Assembly (NCBI RefSeq): GCF_037042905.1
Contig: NC_087249.1
Location: 8,310,001 to 8,374,000, forward strand
DNA: 64,000 bases
Reading direction: 5' to 3'
Source: Lytechinus pictus
Taxonomy: Eukaryota
Part shown: in pieces, positions 26,875 through 40,639 of the stretch
How positions within the stretch are numbered: the stretch's first letter is position 1
Layout: each line of letters starts with the position of its first letter
The notes under the pieces: model-generated
What the model saw: the letters and a program-made list of their open reading frames with translations, nothing else
What the model was told of the DNA's origin: nothing
Database searches by the model: none
Program-made: the position numbers and the translations under genes

Positions 26875-28027
26875 TATTTAATATATCCTGTATGCTGGAT
26901 CCTGTCCCCTTCCCCCTCTTTTATTTTGAAATTGAAAATAAACAAAACTGAATGAAAGTAATAAAAACAAGTTTTTTTTAATTAGCTGATTATTTCTGTA
27001 ATTGCTGCTCTTTATAATGAATGTGTGGAATGTTCATGGTGATTAAATCAAAATAAAGGTGGGAAGTTAGGAACAGAATAGATTAAAATATGAATTCATA
27101 AAGTAAAATGAGATTTTAGAAAGTTGAATTATTGATATATAATCAAGTTTTCAAATTTGATGAATTTATTTAAAAGGAGCACTTTACTGCTTCAATTTTT
27201 AAAATATCGCTTCCAATTTTAGCAACTATGTAGGCATATATGTAGTATTGTTCTTTCACAACTGTGTTTTCAATAAAGATCTGGCCATTGACCTGGTCAA
27301 TATTTGTGTTGCTGCCTTCAAAATGTCCGAACCTCTTGAATAACAGGAAATATCTATGGAACAAAACACACCTTTTTTAACCACTGCGTTGTCAGGATTC
27401 TTATTTTGGTTTGTGCCATCTGAGGTGGTATTGTTCGTGTCAACAAGAAGCATATCTCTTCTTCACACCTTGTGTTTAAGGCGCTCCTCCCATTGGGTCA
27501 TGTTGGGGTTAGCCTGCAGATGTTGGTTTGGGTTGTGTGAGCTGTGTATTAAATTGTCATCAACATTTTTTCAAGGCTGTGAACTTGAGAAAAAAAAAAC
27601 GGAAAGCCCGAGTGCACATGAAATGTGATAAATTCATGCCTTATTTCAGCTAGATTTTTTCCCCCTTCATATTTGGGGTTAGTTCACAAAGGCAGAAATT
27701 GCACTTGTTACTGTTGCTATGGTAGGCTATGCACATCATTGGTTGCTTGGAGTCTTGGACCGTTCCCCTTTTGCGAATCCAGATCATGACTCTATACATC
27801 AATAGCATTTCAAAGAATTTTACTTTTCATCATTGATAAAAAAAAAATACATAATTGAACTGTCTTTGAATAGTCCCTGAAATAAAATGCATTTTAGTCC
27901 TGTAAGTTACCAATGGGTTTAACATAAAACATAATTCGGGATGAGCATAAGAATGAAAATTTCCCCTTATAGTTATAGAGATATAATTCCCCAGTGCTAA
28001 ATTGTGCTACTACATGTAGTTATGAGT

Positions 28028-28506
28028 TATGAGCATTTCAATATTGCGATCACTAATGGAGATCCTCATATTGGCAATGCGACAAAGATGTGTGATGTCA
28101 CTTGTGAACAACTCTCCCATTACTTTAGTATATATATTTCACTTAAACTGCCTCTTCTATCACATCTATCAGTAGATCATGTGTTCCTTTTATAGGAGGG
28201 CATGTAATATAGATTTTCATAGAATATATTATGGGTAAAAAGTTTGTATCACCATGTAAGAAAGAGCAAAAAGATACATTTTGGGGGCATTTCATAGTCC
28301 ATCAAAGGGAAAGTTGTTCACATGTGAAATCACACATCTTTGTTGCATTGCCATTAGGAGGATCTCCATAGCATTAGTGATTGCAATATTCAAATGCTCA
28401 TAACTTTCTCATTATTTGTCAAATTTTTCTCAAACTTTCTTTGTTGTTCTTCTTTGATTTTTTTGTTTCCACACAAGCCCACTTGTTCCAAAGGTTTCAC
28501 TCCCCT
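28028..28506. mobile_element. Foldback Kolobok/T2-like MITE, left end lost
   Basis: Inverted arms at about 28028-28118 and 28307-28406. Right end CCCCT|TTAA. Confidence 0.6.
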
Positions 28507-30419
28507 TTAATGGAAAATAATTTTTTTTCTTGAATTTACAAAATATTTCTACATGACCATGACATAATTGAGCATGGCATAAAAGACTCCAATAGGATGA
28601 TATAAGCACTTCCTTCTGTGCTTATATTTATTTCCCTCAAGGGCTGTTTGTAAATATTTTTATTCAATGGGCAATTGTAGACTGGAGAATGAAAAAGTGG
28701 AGAAGAAAAAATTGGTTGTGAAGCACGCTCTGATGATTATCGGAAATCACACATTTGCTTTCATCTATCTCTCACTGCCTCATTATAAACTGGATCCTGT
28801 CCATCTGGATGTTTTATCTTTTGACCTGTCTCCATTTAAGTTTCCATATCAATTATCCTTATCTGAGCCATGTTACATAGAGCTTTTCTGCTTATCGATT
28901 GATTTTTATGATTAAGTACATTGATTATTGTGCATGATCAGTTGTGAAAATCAGCTCCACAATCAATCGGTAAGCTTTATGATATGCCCCCCCCCAACAG
29001 TTTCAAGGTTTTTGGTGAACAATTTTGCATGCTTCATCTTGTGATTATAATCCATCATCGAAATAGGATTTTTGGGAAATAGCATGCTTTTGATGGATTG
29101 TCCAAATAATTTGCAAGTGAAGAAGCATGTAGGTCTTGGAAGAGAAATGAATGTGAAGGCTTACTGACTCAGGTGACGATTAACCAGCTGTAGTGTAGGC
29201 AAGGCAAAGATAATCTGACATTTCACTTATAGGGGCTATTTTTCTCAACCTACATGTACTATCTAAATCTGCATTATAGGATAAGCTTCAACATTGCACT
29301 GAATGGGGTTTGGGGGCACTTTTATGATTTTTTTTTTCATTTTCCAGGGTTCCTTTGATCATTTTGGGGGCGAAATCACCCCGAGTCCCAAGTAATTTAT
29401 GTTACTTGATGTAGGCCGTTTATGTTGTTATCCTCCTTCAAAAAGATTATAGAGTTGTTTGATGATTTGTGAAAATATCAAAATAATTTTTCGAAGTTTC
29501 GTCAGGGCCTGTATTTCCCAGGTCTGAATGGCCGATTAGAGTCCAGTCAACAAGCACAGTGTTTTTTGGTAAAGCAATTCCAAGCCAACTATTTAAACAG
29601 CCAGGCAGGTGCAAAAAACCTCTCTTCATCGCCTGCCAATCCCGACGTTTATCAACTGCAGCGTAACGAGAAGATCAAACGTCATTGGGCCGATGCGCGG
29701 AGGAATAAAAAGTTCATTACTACTATCACTGTAATTGCTCCTTTTCCCCTTATTTTTTTCTCATGCTGTGTTCCATGCCCCCATCATTATTTTTATATTC
29801 TATTTATCTTGCTGTGTCTGTTGTCCCCCCCCCCCCCCCCCCGACGGTTTGCATTGCAAGAAGAGCTTTATAGAAATCACTATTTGATAGTGGTCTTAGC
29901 ATGATGCAAGTATTTGCATTTGGCCGTACATACATGTAAGTGCTTATCAACTGTCATGGGCTGTGCACACAGCCTCATCTTTCTAGAACGCATCCTTCTG
30001 ATGCGCAGAGTACCTCATGAAAGTGCTGTGAAAACCCATGGTATGAAATGATAAAACGAAGCAATGCGAACATGTCATTGTGTGTGGAGATGGCCTCTAT
30101 TAGATACAGCTGATGGTTGACCAAGTTGACAGAAAATTGATTTTCTTTTCTAATTATGCCCGTAACCCATGGCAACCACAGCAATCTATGCCTTCTACTT
30201 ACCACATTTTGATGAGGCAGATTATCTGTCAAATTGACTTCGTCAAAGAGATATTTCAATAAGAAGAGTCTGTCATGGGCTTATGCCAATTTTCTGAAAG
30301 GTATATTAGATTTGTCAAGAAAATGTTCTGAGGACATTCAGTATGTAAATTAATGGTTTTGATAGGTTTGTTTGTTTTGTGTTCTGAAGTGGTTTGCGAA
30401 ATGTTATACATTGTAAATC

Positions 30420-31147
30420 GGTAAAGTGCCTATAAGTCTACTACCAACTCGTCCACTCACCATATGGTCTACTTTCATTTAGTCTATTGCCATTCCGTCC
30501 ATCAACATTCCGTCTAACAACCATTTAGTCCAATAATCATTTGGTCCAATCATCACTTCGTCTAATCACCATTTTGTCTCATAACCAGTTGATCTAATAA
30601 ATATCCATTTCAATTTCATTCATTTTGCACAATTAACACTTAGTCCAATTAGACCAAATAGTATTATTATTTGTATGGACTAAATTGGCAATTGGACCAA
30701 CTGGTTATTAGACGAAATGGCGAGTGGACGAATTGGCACTTGGACCATGTGGATAGTCGACGAAGTGATGGTAGACCAGATAGTAGACGAGTTGCCAATT
30801 GCCATTCCGTCCATCAACATTCCGTCTAACAACCATTTAGTCCAATAATCATTTGGTCCAATCATCACTTCGTCTAATCACCATTTTGTCTCATAACCAG
30901 TTGATCTAATAAATATCCATTTCAATTTCATTCATTTTGCACAATTAACACTTAGTCCAATTAGACCAAATAGTATTATTATTTGTATGGACTAAATTGG
31001 CAATTGGACCAACTGGTTATTAGACGAAATGGCGAGTGGACGAATTGGCACTTGGACCATGTGGATAGTCGACGAAGTGATTGTAGACCAGATAGTAGAC
31101 GAGTTGGCGATTGGGCGAATTGGCATTAGACGAATTGGAAATATACC
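30420..31147. mobile_element. GG...CC MITE with 8-9 bp TSD (Merlin/MULE-like), carrying a 312-bp tandem duplication
   Basis: Flanks TTGTAAATC / TTGTTAATC. Built from short GTCCA/GTCTA-containing subrepeats. Inverted homolog at 60850-61249. Confidence 0.75.
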
Positions 31148-32016
31148 TTGTTAATCTAGAAACATATTTACTGGTAGATCGATGTGAATGGGGTCGGGGA
31201 GAAATTTGATACTTCCTACTGGTGTCGCCCATCATCATTCACATGGTTCTACTTGAGAAGCACATTCACAATAAGTGAGTGAATGTTTGAGTTGTATCAA
31301 ATGACCATGCATATAGTCTAAGATGAGCCCATTCAGACTTAACGAAATTTATATCATTCACTCTGAGAAAGAAACGTATTAAGAATGCTCACGTAAAAAA
31401 AACCTGGAGATGACCATTTATAGGGGCCTATATATAATTTGAAGTGTGATTCTGAGTCAGTTCAAAATTAGATTGAAAATTTATTATCTTTACTGCAATA
31501 TCTTACGGTTCAAATGTTTCAATCAAATTCAAATTAGATAATTTTGAGAAATCTTAGTGTGTCCATGGTTATAACTGTGCCTATTGATAAGGAGATATCT
31601 TGTAAAAAAAACAATTAAGTATGTATTTATTAGAATGGCCCAACTTAAAATGGCACTCTCATTTAGATGGTAAATATGACGAGTTTTGTCAAAAAAATAC
31701 TTGCCAATATCATTTGTATTGTACATGTAATAGTCAAACTCCGATATGAACTCATTATTGAAAACAGAAAATTACTACAATCTATGCAGCAAATTATTCA
31801 AATTCAAATTGTATGAATGGGTGAAATGGGAGAGGTGGTGTAGCTTTCAAAATAAACATGGAATTAACCATCTCTGCAGGTCATTGACTTGTCCCCGATT
31901 TCTTTCCCCCAGAACTTCCCACGTAGCCAGGTAAAGAACATGCAACAGTAGTACACCTATCCTGTGACACTGGTATCTCATATATATACGGTACACCAGT
32001 TCAAAGACAGGGATTT

Positions 32017-32144
32017 GGGGAGTGTTTCATATACTGATGTTCACTGACAAACTTTGTTTGAGCCAATCAGATGCAAGAATTTCAGGAGCTTATAAGTTAT
32101 AACAATAAATAGTGAAATTCACTGTTTGTTTAGTGAAATGCTCC
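32017..32144. mobile_element. Short hairpin MITE (GGAGTGTTTCA...TGAAATGCTCC)
   Basis: Short TIR with an internal AGCCAATCA motif. Related copies at about 36131-36287, 48092-48235 and 24050-24160. Confidence 0.55.
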
Positions 32145-32960
32145 ACTGGTAATATAATTCTTTAAAAGTTATTAGTGATATGTGACATGATGGATGCTGG
32201 CATGCGACATCGCTAAATCAAAGCCATGAATATTCATAACACTGTTATTCTTTGATAGATATATTTTAATGATATGTTTCTCTGATTTTGTTTTGTTTTT
32301 ATGAAAATCACGTCGAGTCAGGTATACATTACTTCCCTATTCAACAAATTTTGTCTAAGGGAGAGAAACTGGGCCTTGTGCATGTCAACTTCAGAATGAA
32401 TTGATGTACATGTATGCTATCCATCTCGAGGACAGACGAGGGAGTCCTGTATGAGGATGATTAATGACTTTGTGTAACACCTATTGGTCAGGTTCAGGGT
32501 GGTGTGTAGGTAATGGTCCATGAAAAGTGCAAATGTGTTCACACGAGTGAAAAACACGTTTTGTCTCAGAAAAAAAATCCTTTTTCATAGTGTCAACACC
32601 ATAGGGACAACCAGAGGTTGCTCAGGAAAGTGTATGTTGGTTCACACTATTCAAAATACTTGTCGCGATAATGTTGGCTCAGACACAGTTTTAACATCAC
32701 CTTTTCGGGCAAGGTCGGTAATTTGATGTTCTGGTGACCGTTTCAGGAAAGTTTTCAGCATTGACAAGTTGTAATGTAGCCCGATATGATTTCATCTACA
32801 TTGTACTATCTCCTGTAAAACTTTTTTTAGTTGAAAATACAAGAAAAAGATATATCCTGATTCCTGAATCCTGACAGTACTATTCACTCTTATTGTTCTG
32901 CCTAGAGGGTGTAAACTGTAAATTCTGTTGACGTGATATGAACAATGGTAAGCAACAGTA

Positions 32961-33825
32961 GGTGGTTTCAGACCGCCTCGAAGTTCGTCAGTTCCAGGTA
33001 TTCTCTGATCGGGAAATTTACCCCGATCAGAAAATACCAGGTATTTTGGTAATGTGAAAGCAAACTACGCGTAATATCCCCGAAAGAAAATACCTGCTAA
33101 ATAGTAGGTACTTGGCGAAATTACGAGAACTTTCGCAGGGATTTTTCCAAGGTCATGGGTATTTTGGCAATCTGAAAGCAAACTACGGGAACTTGTATCC
33201 CATCAATCACCGCGATAAGTGAATTTCTGGTTCATAGCCCGCGGTGTCGATATGCATGGATATGCGAGGCCTACCAGCAAGCCAGCACCAGTGCATATGC
33301 AGCGATAAACATAACGTACACTTTTCATGCGACGTGACCCGGGGTTCGACTTTGACTAGGCGGTTGATTCTTCTTCTTAAAAAAATAGTTTTACGAGTTA
33401 AGGGTGATATTTACCGGTATTCTACATTTTCATACCAGATGAAATCGCACTGGAGTGAGGAGGCCACCAAGGCCTTGATTTCAATGTGGAGAGAAATCTA
33501 GTGCAATTGCAGATGATCAAGGGAACAAATGATTTGCGCATAGGATCGAGTATAGTTAATAATGCTAGAGCTACGCCTGCCAGAGGCGGATTTCCCGCCC
33601 CGGCCGCCCCCCCCCCCCCCCCCCCCCCCCCGATCGTACCGCTAAAAGCGCGCATTTCTTCCTCTGTACCAGACTGTACTGCGCATGCTCATAACTTCGA
33701 GAAATTTCCCCAGAGTGTGTTTCGGGGCGGTCTGAATGCAAATATAATTATCTGGTATTTTTTAGCATGTAAATGTTCTCGTAATTTAACGGGGATTCTT
33801 GTGATCGAGGCGGTTTGAAACCACC
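32961..33825 (+). mobile_element. Family E Harbinger-like element, long copy with a Myb/SANT relic
   Basis: TIR GGTGGTTTCAGACCGCCTCGA / TCGAGGCGGTTTGAAACCACC with TA-containing flanks. Confidence 0.88.
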
Positions 33826-35599
33826 TAGTTACATCAAATTTTATTTCAAGGATGAGTGCACTTTCGATCTGTGAAAATATCACAGCTGTTTATAGTGAAT
33901 GATAAAATGCATGATTTTAAAACCAAGGAATTTCAAAGAAAATTTTGTGTTTCATTTGCCCATGCATTTTTGAACTTACATATTATCCATGCTTATATCC
34001 ATGATATACTTGTTCCTTTCATGTACAATGTACACAACATTGACCCCAAAGACTACCGGTACACAATATAGACCAAATCTTGTGCTTTGGAGGCTATGAT
34101 AGCAAATTTTGTGTACTTTTTAATTTTTAGTTAGACTTTCAACTATTTCTGAATGTTTTGTTCTATTTTTTATTTATTATTATACAGAGATGAATGGACA
34201 TCCTATGTTTTATGTTAATTTTCTGCATCCATGGCAAAAAAGTATGAATTTTGAAAATTAATCGCACCTATTTTCAGTAATGATGTATTTGATTGAGTAA
34301 CAAAGATACTTCAAGGGGATATTTCAGTGGGCATCTTCAATGAGTGGCTTATAAGTGTACTCATGGGTCTAGGTAGTTGGGACCATGGTATTCTGTATAC
34401 AAATAGTGGGTGTATTACAATTTGCTAAGGTTTGCAATGCATACCTTAGCCTGATTTCCACAGCGAAATCCCATACCCCCCCCCCCCCCTTAGCAATGCT
34501 GAGGTTATAGGCTTACCTATTCATAGTTCTTTTAGAGGATATTTCTTTTCAATAGAGAAACTCAAAAGACGATCTGAGGGCAGATCCACTGTCACATTAT
34601 CAAACTGAACAAAACTAGAACTTAGAAGGGGGAAAGGGCAGATAGAAGTAGGACGACGGGTCCCATCAAGTTCGAACGCAAGCCATTGCAACGATCCTTT
34701 ATCCACCCCCACCATCTGGTTTATGGCAGGAAGGTTTATTTTCGTTGGCTGTGAAAACTGTCGTAGCATATCTAGTTTATAGCTGTCCGGCCAGCAGGGC
34801 GGGGACGGAGAAGGTCAGCTCTCTTCAGACTCTTATCTTGTCTGTTATAATCATCATTTTCATGTGTACACATCTAAGAAGGTTTCACACTGCATTTTAG
34901 TAGCGTTTTAATTGTCCATTTTAAAAATAAAAAGCACAAATAAAAATGATGAGGAAATGCTCAATGATGTTTCATCTATATCAGCTGTAAAACCACAATA
35001 TGGTTGCTATGTTGTCCCCAAATTGTCACATCAAAAGGTATTTCCACTTCATTACTTCAATTTTATATAACAATAGATTAATTTTGCAATTAAAAAGCAC
35101 ACCTATTGTGCTTATTACTATTGTGCTAATGACTAAAGGGTTTGAAGCTCTGTTGCACAGCATAATTAAAAAGTTACATACTCATAAAGTACATACTTGT
35201 AAGTTCACACCCCTTGACCTTGCTCTTTGAAAGGGTCTTGATTATCCATTCGGTAATCGGTACCATTACTGAATGCGCTTTTTCAATGTACATATGTCGA
35301 CAGAAATGATGCAGTCTGCAATATGAATTAATGTTTACTTTATACAGTATTGTCTGTTATTTTCTGAGGATGTGGGGAGGGGGTGTAGGGGTCTCTAAAC
35401 TCTAGAGCCTTTGGTATAAAGTTATGCATATCTTTATGGGTGATTTTGATAGTGACTGATTTGAATAAAGTTCAAAATGAGATGCTGAAGTTTTTTTTTC
35501 ATTTCATTGCACTGACTTTAATTCCCTATGAATCTGAAATGAATTACCTGGCATAGCAATTCTTTCTTTTTTTTATAGAAAGGAGAAAAAATTTCATTT

Positions 35600-35790
35600 A
35601 ATAATAAAATAAATAGCCAATTTTTATATAGTGCTTTTCCCAGAACGACTCAAAGCGCTTTACAGCATATTGTTACCCCGGTCATTGGATTCATTTCAAT
35701 CCCTCACGAAAATTGCACAATTTCCACTCCCTGGGGAGCATTCCTTGCATTCATCCCAGCCTCATTATGGCACTGGCACATTCAAACATA
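35600..35790 (-). mobile_element. 3' end of a SINE/LINE (L2-type tail)
   Basis: Minus strand reads GTAAAGCGCTTTGAG..GGGAAAAGCACTATATAAA, a typical stem-loop tail of L2-mobilised SINEs. Confidence 0.55.
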
Positions 35791-36422
35791 CATTTGATTT
35801 ACTTGTTTGTGAAACCGCCCCCATTCTTCATGACTTTATGATTGATCTATTTTAGGTTTTGTGACACTGCCCCCATTCTTCATTAATTAATGAATGATAA
35901 CAATAAAGCACCAACTGAGCTGCTGAAGGTTTTGTTTAATTTTTCACTCTTTGTAAGAAAGTGACTGTATTAATAAATCTGAATTTGATGAAATTCAATT
36001 CTACAATAATTCGCATATGTGTATTAGTCGTTTATTAAACCACCCCAATTCATTGCCATCTCTTGGCCTGGTAAATCAAATTTCAGTGACGGATTGCACA
36101 ATATTACCATTGCAGCAAACATGAAATTCAGGGGAGCAGTCCATGAAAGGTCTTGTTGAACGTTTTCTCTGACAAGTCCATTTTTATCCAACAGTTACCA
36201 TAGTAACAGTGCTTCTCAGCCAATCAAAATCAAGGAAAGATGTCGGATCAGAAAACTTGTCTGCGAAAATGTTGATGAAACACTCCCGAGTTCTGGATCG
36301 AGATCTCTTTAAAATGTATTGGGGGGGCGTCACATTATTTTCAATGAAATCTGATTTCTTAGTCTGTCAATGATCCCATTCTATAGCCATTTTATAACCG
36401 GCATTGACCCCAAGCCATATAA

Positions 36423-36825
36423 GGTGGTTTCAGACCACCTCGAAGTTCTTCAGTCCAAGGTATTTTCTGATCGGGGAAATTTCCCCCGATCAGAAAATAT
36501 CAGGTACATGTAATTTTGGAAATGTGAAAGCAAATTAAGCGTAATCTCCCCAAAAGTAAATACCCGCTAAATAGTAGGTACTTGTCAAAATTACGAGAAC
36601 TTTCGCAGGGATTTTTCCAAGGTTGCATGTATTTTGGCAATGTGAAAGCAAATTACTGGAATTTTAAGCACAGCGTGGAGTAGAGCGCGGGTGCCGTGGG
36701 TGGCTGCTGAGCTAGCGATTTTGAATCAGACCGTATATTGCGCATGCTCGTAACTTCAGACTTGCCTGAAAAAAGTTCTGGTAATTTAACGGGGATTCTT
36801 GTGATTGAGGCGGTTTGAAACCACC
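36423..36825 (+). mobile_element. Family E MITE
   Basis: Same TIRs as 32961-33825. Flanks TAA / CAA. Confidence 0.85.
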
Positions 36826-36997
36826 CAATGATGGATGCGGTAAGATAGTTTCTGGAAGTGGTGAATTACATTGGATGTTTCCAAGAAATTATAAATGATG
36901 ACTGTTCATTCCTTTTAATAGCTGAGGTAACTCCTTGGTATAATTTCCTTTTTTTGAGTTTGTGACATGCAATTCTGCTGTATCAGCTGAAGCTTAA

Positions 36998-37414
36998 AGG
37001 TAAAAGAAACGAAGAAAGCAGTTGCAGCAAAAAAAAAATATATTTCATGAGAAAGTCTTTTGAATCAAGGTCAATTGTCACCATAATCATTATCATATCT
37101 AGATCTGGTACATTAATGTAAACTTATCTTTGTGAAATCGTGAAATCTCAGCTCAAAACAGATCATTCTGATGGCCACTAAACACAGAGAACCATATGTG
37201 GGACAGTGTATTAATATTGCTTCGAAAAATACCTGACATTTGATGAACTTATTTTGCTAATTTCTCAGCAATTATGCATTTTCTTCCAGTGCTATTTGGC
37301 ATATATTTTTTTTAAATTTATAGTATACAAACACTTTGGTGGTAATTTCATTGGATTCTGTTCGAACTCAATTTGAGATCTTTACCACAACTGGTATTCA
37401 TATTTGATATTTCT
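36998..37414 (+). mobile_element. Family B Kolobok-like MITE
   Basis: TTAA flanks (36994-36997, 37415-37418). Colinear with 8436-8828. Confidence 0.75.
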
Positions 37415-39865
37415 TTAATTGAAATCATGCTGGTGGATTAGGTTTTATGAAGCTAAGTCCACTCCATCAGTAATGACATTTTTCAGTTTAACTTATTTGG
37501 ATTGATTCTACCTTTGAATATGATATTGACGAACTGATTCAACTATTGAGGGAAAATTTATTTCAAAAATGAATCTTCAAAGACAAAGTGAACAAAAAAT
37601 TTCATCAAGATTTAAAATGAGATGTGATTTTTATTTCGTACATTGTATGTACGGACCTATATGTAGAATATTTGCTATCGATTAGTCAGTGTATAGGATT
37701 ATTGTCATTTCATTATGACATGTTGGTTTATACATGTAGGTTCCTTTGCTATAAAATTGAAAACGAGTATGATATTAGGTGGAGATGGTTGTCATAGCAA
37801 CAAGATAATCATTCTCCTGAGTTTTTGAGTGATGCAGACTCTGACCTTCGTGATTCAATCTATAGATATTAAGTATTCATCCTGTAACCTCATAAAAATT
37901 GATATTTCTGAATTTTCAGTAATTGTCTTTGTTAAATATTAATGACGATATTGCTTAGGTCTGTACATTGAGATTATTGTTGCCTTAATCGTTCATCAAC
38001 TTGACCCCCACAAACTCAACATCTCAATCACCATCCTATTGCTATGCAAGTGATTTCAGTGGCAAGATGCTGGGTATCATTTTTCTTTGTAATAAAGTCT
38101 GTTCTACTGTACCTGTAAGTTTTATAGAATAAAAATCAGACTCAAAATCCGACTTGTAATCAGATAAAAATGAACGATTATGTGATATAACATTTATTGT
38201 GTGAATGTCCAATCTTAACTCTTCTTTTTATGGATGATGTTTAGGATGTGAATGTATTGACTTATAAAATGAGCATAATACATGTATACATTGTACTGCC
38301 ATGCTCACTTATGCATTATAAAATGGAAGATGCCCCCCCCCCCAAAAAAAAAAAAAAAAATGTATGAATGCAAAAAACAGGTTATATAAGTATAGGATGA
38401 CAAACTGACAGTTCCTTTGACATTTTATTTTTAAAATAAAAAATATATGATTGGGGTTCCTGAATCTCTTTGTTTGTTTTTTCTTTTTTTGTATCAAATT
38501 ATTTCTCAAGCATGGAATCAGATTAAAAAATAGTTTCTGGTATCTTAATCTTCAAATAGAAGGGACCTTTATACTTAATGAAATGATAATTAACTTAGAG
38601 AAGGCATCCATTCCAATTTAATGGTCAAGTGTGCATTTTCACAAAAATCTATAGTTGAAAAAATGAACAATATCAGCCACTTTACTTTTCTAAGATATAA
38701 ATGTTAGAATGATTATCTGGTGTAATTCACTTCATTGAATTTCACCAAAACATTAGACTGGCTTTTAACTCTGAAAAGGGTGCTGTAAAACTTGTCACCA
38801 TAAATGTGATATCAATCTTTCCTTCATTACCAGCTTGCCATGTAGGCGAAGGTCATAATCTCATCCCCCTAATATCCTGTGAAATTTCACTGAAAAGTGC
38901 TCTCAATTTAACTTGTCTGAGGGCGAAATAACTCTTATGATGCATTTATGAGTATGGTGAATGAATTGTAAGTTACCAAGACTTACTGCTGATTTAATTC
39001 ACTTTGATCATCTGTTAAAAAATAAAGAATATGAATCTTGAATTCATGAAAAAGGTGAACTTTAGACAGCCATTTTCGTAATAGCAACTGAGCTCCCATA
39101 ACTTCACAATTACATGATAATTTTTATATTTTTATACAAGATTACCAGAACGAATGAGGGTTAAACCACTTTTAGCCCCCCCCCCCCCCCATACACATTT
39201 TACCACTCTATTCAAGTTTACTTCAAATCTAATCCAGAAACTACTCTTTGCAAAGTTCATGCAGTTTAAAAGTTCATCTCCATTTACAAAATGGAAGGTT
39301 TCAAAGTGTTTTAAATTTACTGCCTTTTGAACATCAATTTAGATGGTGTGCGAAAATTCACCGTCCGTCCGTCCGCATTAACCAATTGATTTGATTTCCA
39401 CAAGACTTGCATTCCATGAACTCAATCTCTTCTCCAGAAAGGTTTTCATAATGGGCACATTATGTGTATGATACTGTATGGAGGAGATTGGTACATGTAT
39501 GTCTGCATAAGACTTCGACTCAATTTTATTGGACTAAAGATTCTTGAAGTTGTAATTTTCTCTGTCTTTAATTTTATGATAAATCTCCAAACGAGGGAAA
39601 AATTCCTCAAACCTTTTTGTGTTTTTCTGCTATTTTGTACAATAAATTTTTTGTCAGGGTGAACTTTCCCTTTAATGTTTCTCTTTGACTTTATTCAAAT
39701 CTTTAAAGGAATTGAGGAATTGAATCAGTCATATTCCTCCCATATGATCTAACAGAATGTGCAATGTTCTCTTTAGTCACGTGACCTAGGGTGTGACCCT
39801 CCATTTGAAAGTGTGATTTTTTTATGCAGATCCTCTCTGAAACCCCAAACTTATATCATGGGGGG

Positions 39866-40138
39866 AGGGTGTCGTGGTCTAGTGGTTACGACTCTCATCT
39901 TTCAATCAGAGGGACGTGGGTTCGAATCCCAACCATGGCCTAGTTTTCCTTCAACAAGAAATTTACCCACATTATGCTGCACTCGACCCAGGTGAGGTGC
40001 CTGTCAGGATTAATTCCTGGAATGCACCTATTGCCTTTAGCGGCTGGAACTACATGTATTGCCAGGGTAATATATGGTTCACCATTGAATTGGCAACTAC
40101 TTAATTGGTGCCTCAAAGATGCTGTGTGTTATTATTAT
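39866..40138 (+). mobile_element. tRNA-derived SINE
   Basis: A box TGGTCTAGTGG, B box GGTTCGAATCC, shared core and TATTATTAT tail. Confidence 0.85.
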
Positions 40139-40639
40139 GAGGCCTATTCTAAAACTACTACTACATGTAGTTTATGCCTGGTAATAATTAATGAATAAAT
40201 GCACTTCAGCATTGCACTGAATTCATTACAGCCTTGTGTTTAGGCAGTGTTTGTTGAATGGCATTTCACTCAAAATGATATGGTCATTTCACAAGGTTAT
40301 AATGTCAGAGCCCAATTAATTACTTGGGTGTTGCACCCACGTATGCAATATGTAGGCCTAGGTTATTAATCGTTGACCGAGTGATTAGTTTATACATGCC
40401 TCACAATGGCGTTTGACCAGGAAGATTGTAAACAACCTGATGAATATGAACTAGGTCTCTTGATTTTCATCGTCAATACGAGGACAGAAGGCGCACTCAC
40501 ACTTCTCCTCAATAGAAAGAAAATGCCAGGCATATTGCTGTTGTGAAAGAAAATAACTTATGATAATAAAAATATATAGCATTAATGAGACACAAATTTT
40601 CTAGTTGCCTAATCAAATTTCAACTTTGCGCTATGCATG

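Noticed and set aside
27170..27628. Overlapping short ORFs, with a faint resemblance to a piggyBac Cys-rich tail
   Set aside because: Cysteine spacing is not recoverable and there are no supporting termini.
39866..39940. tRNA-Glu-like gene (also about 14220-14295)
   Set aside because: The A and B boxes are followed by a shared non-tRNA core and tail in three diverged copies, and the cloverleaf stems are poor. These are SINE heads.
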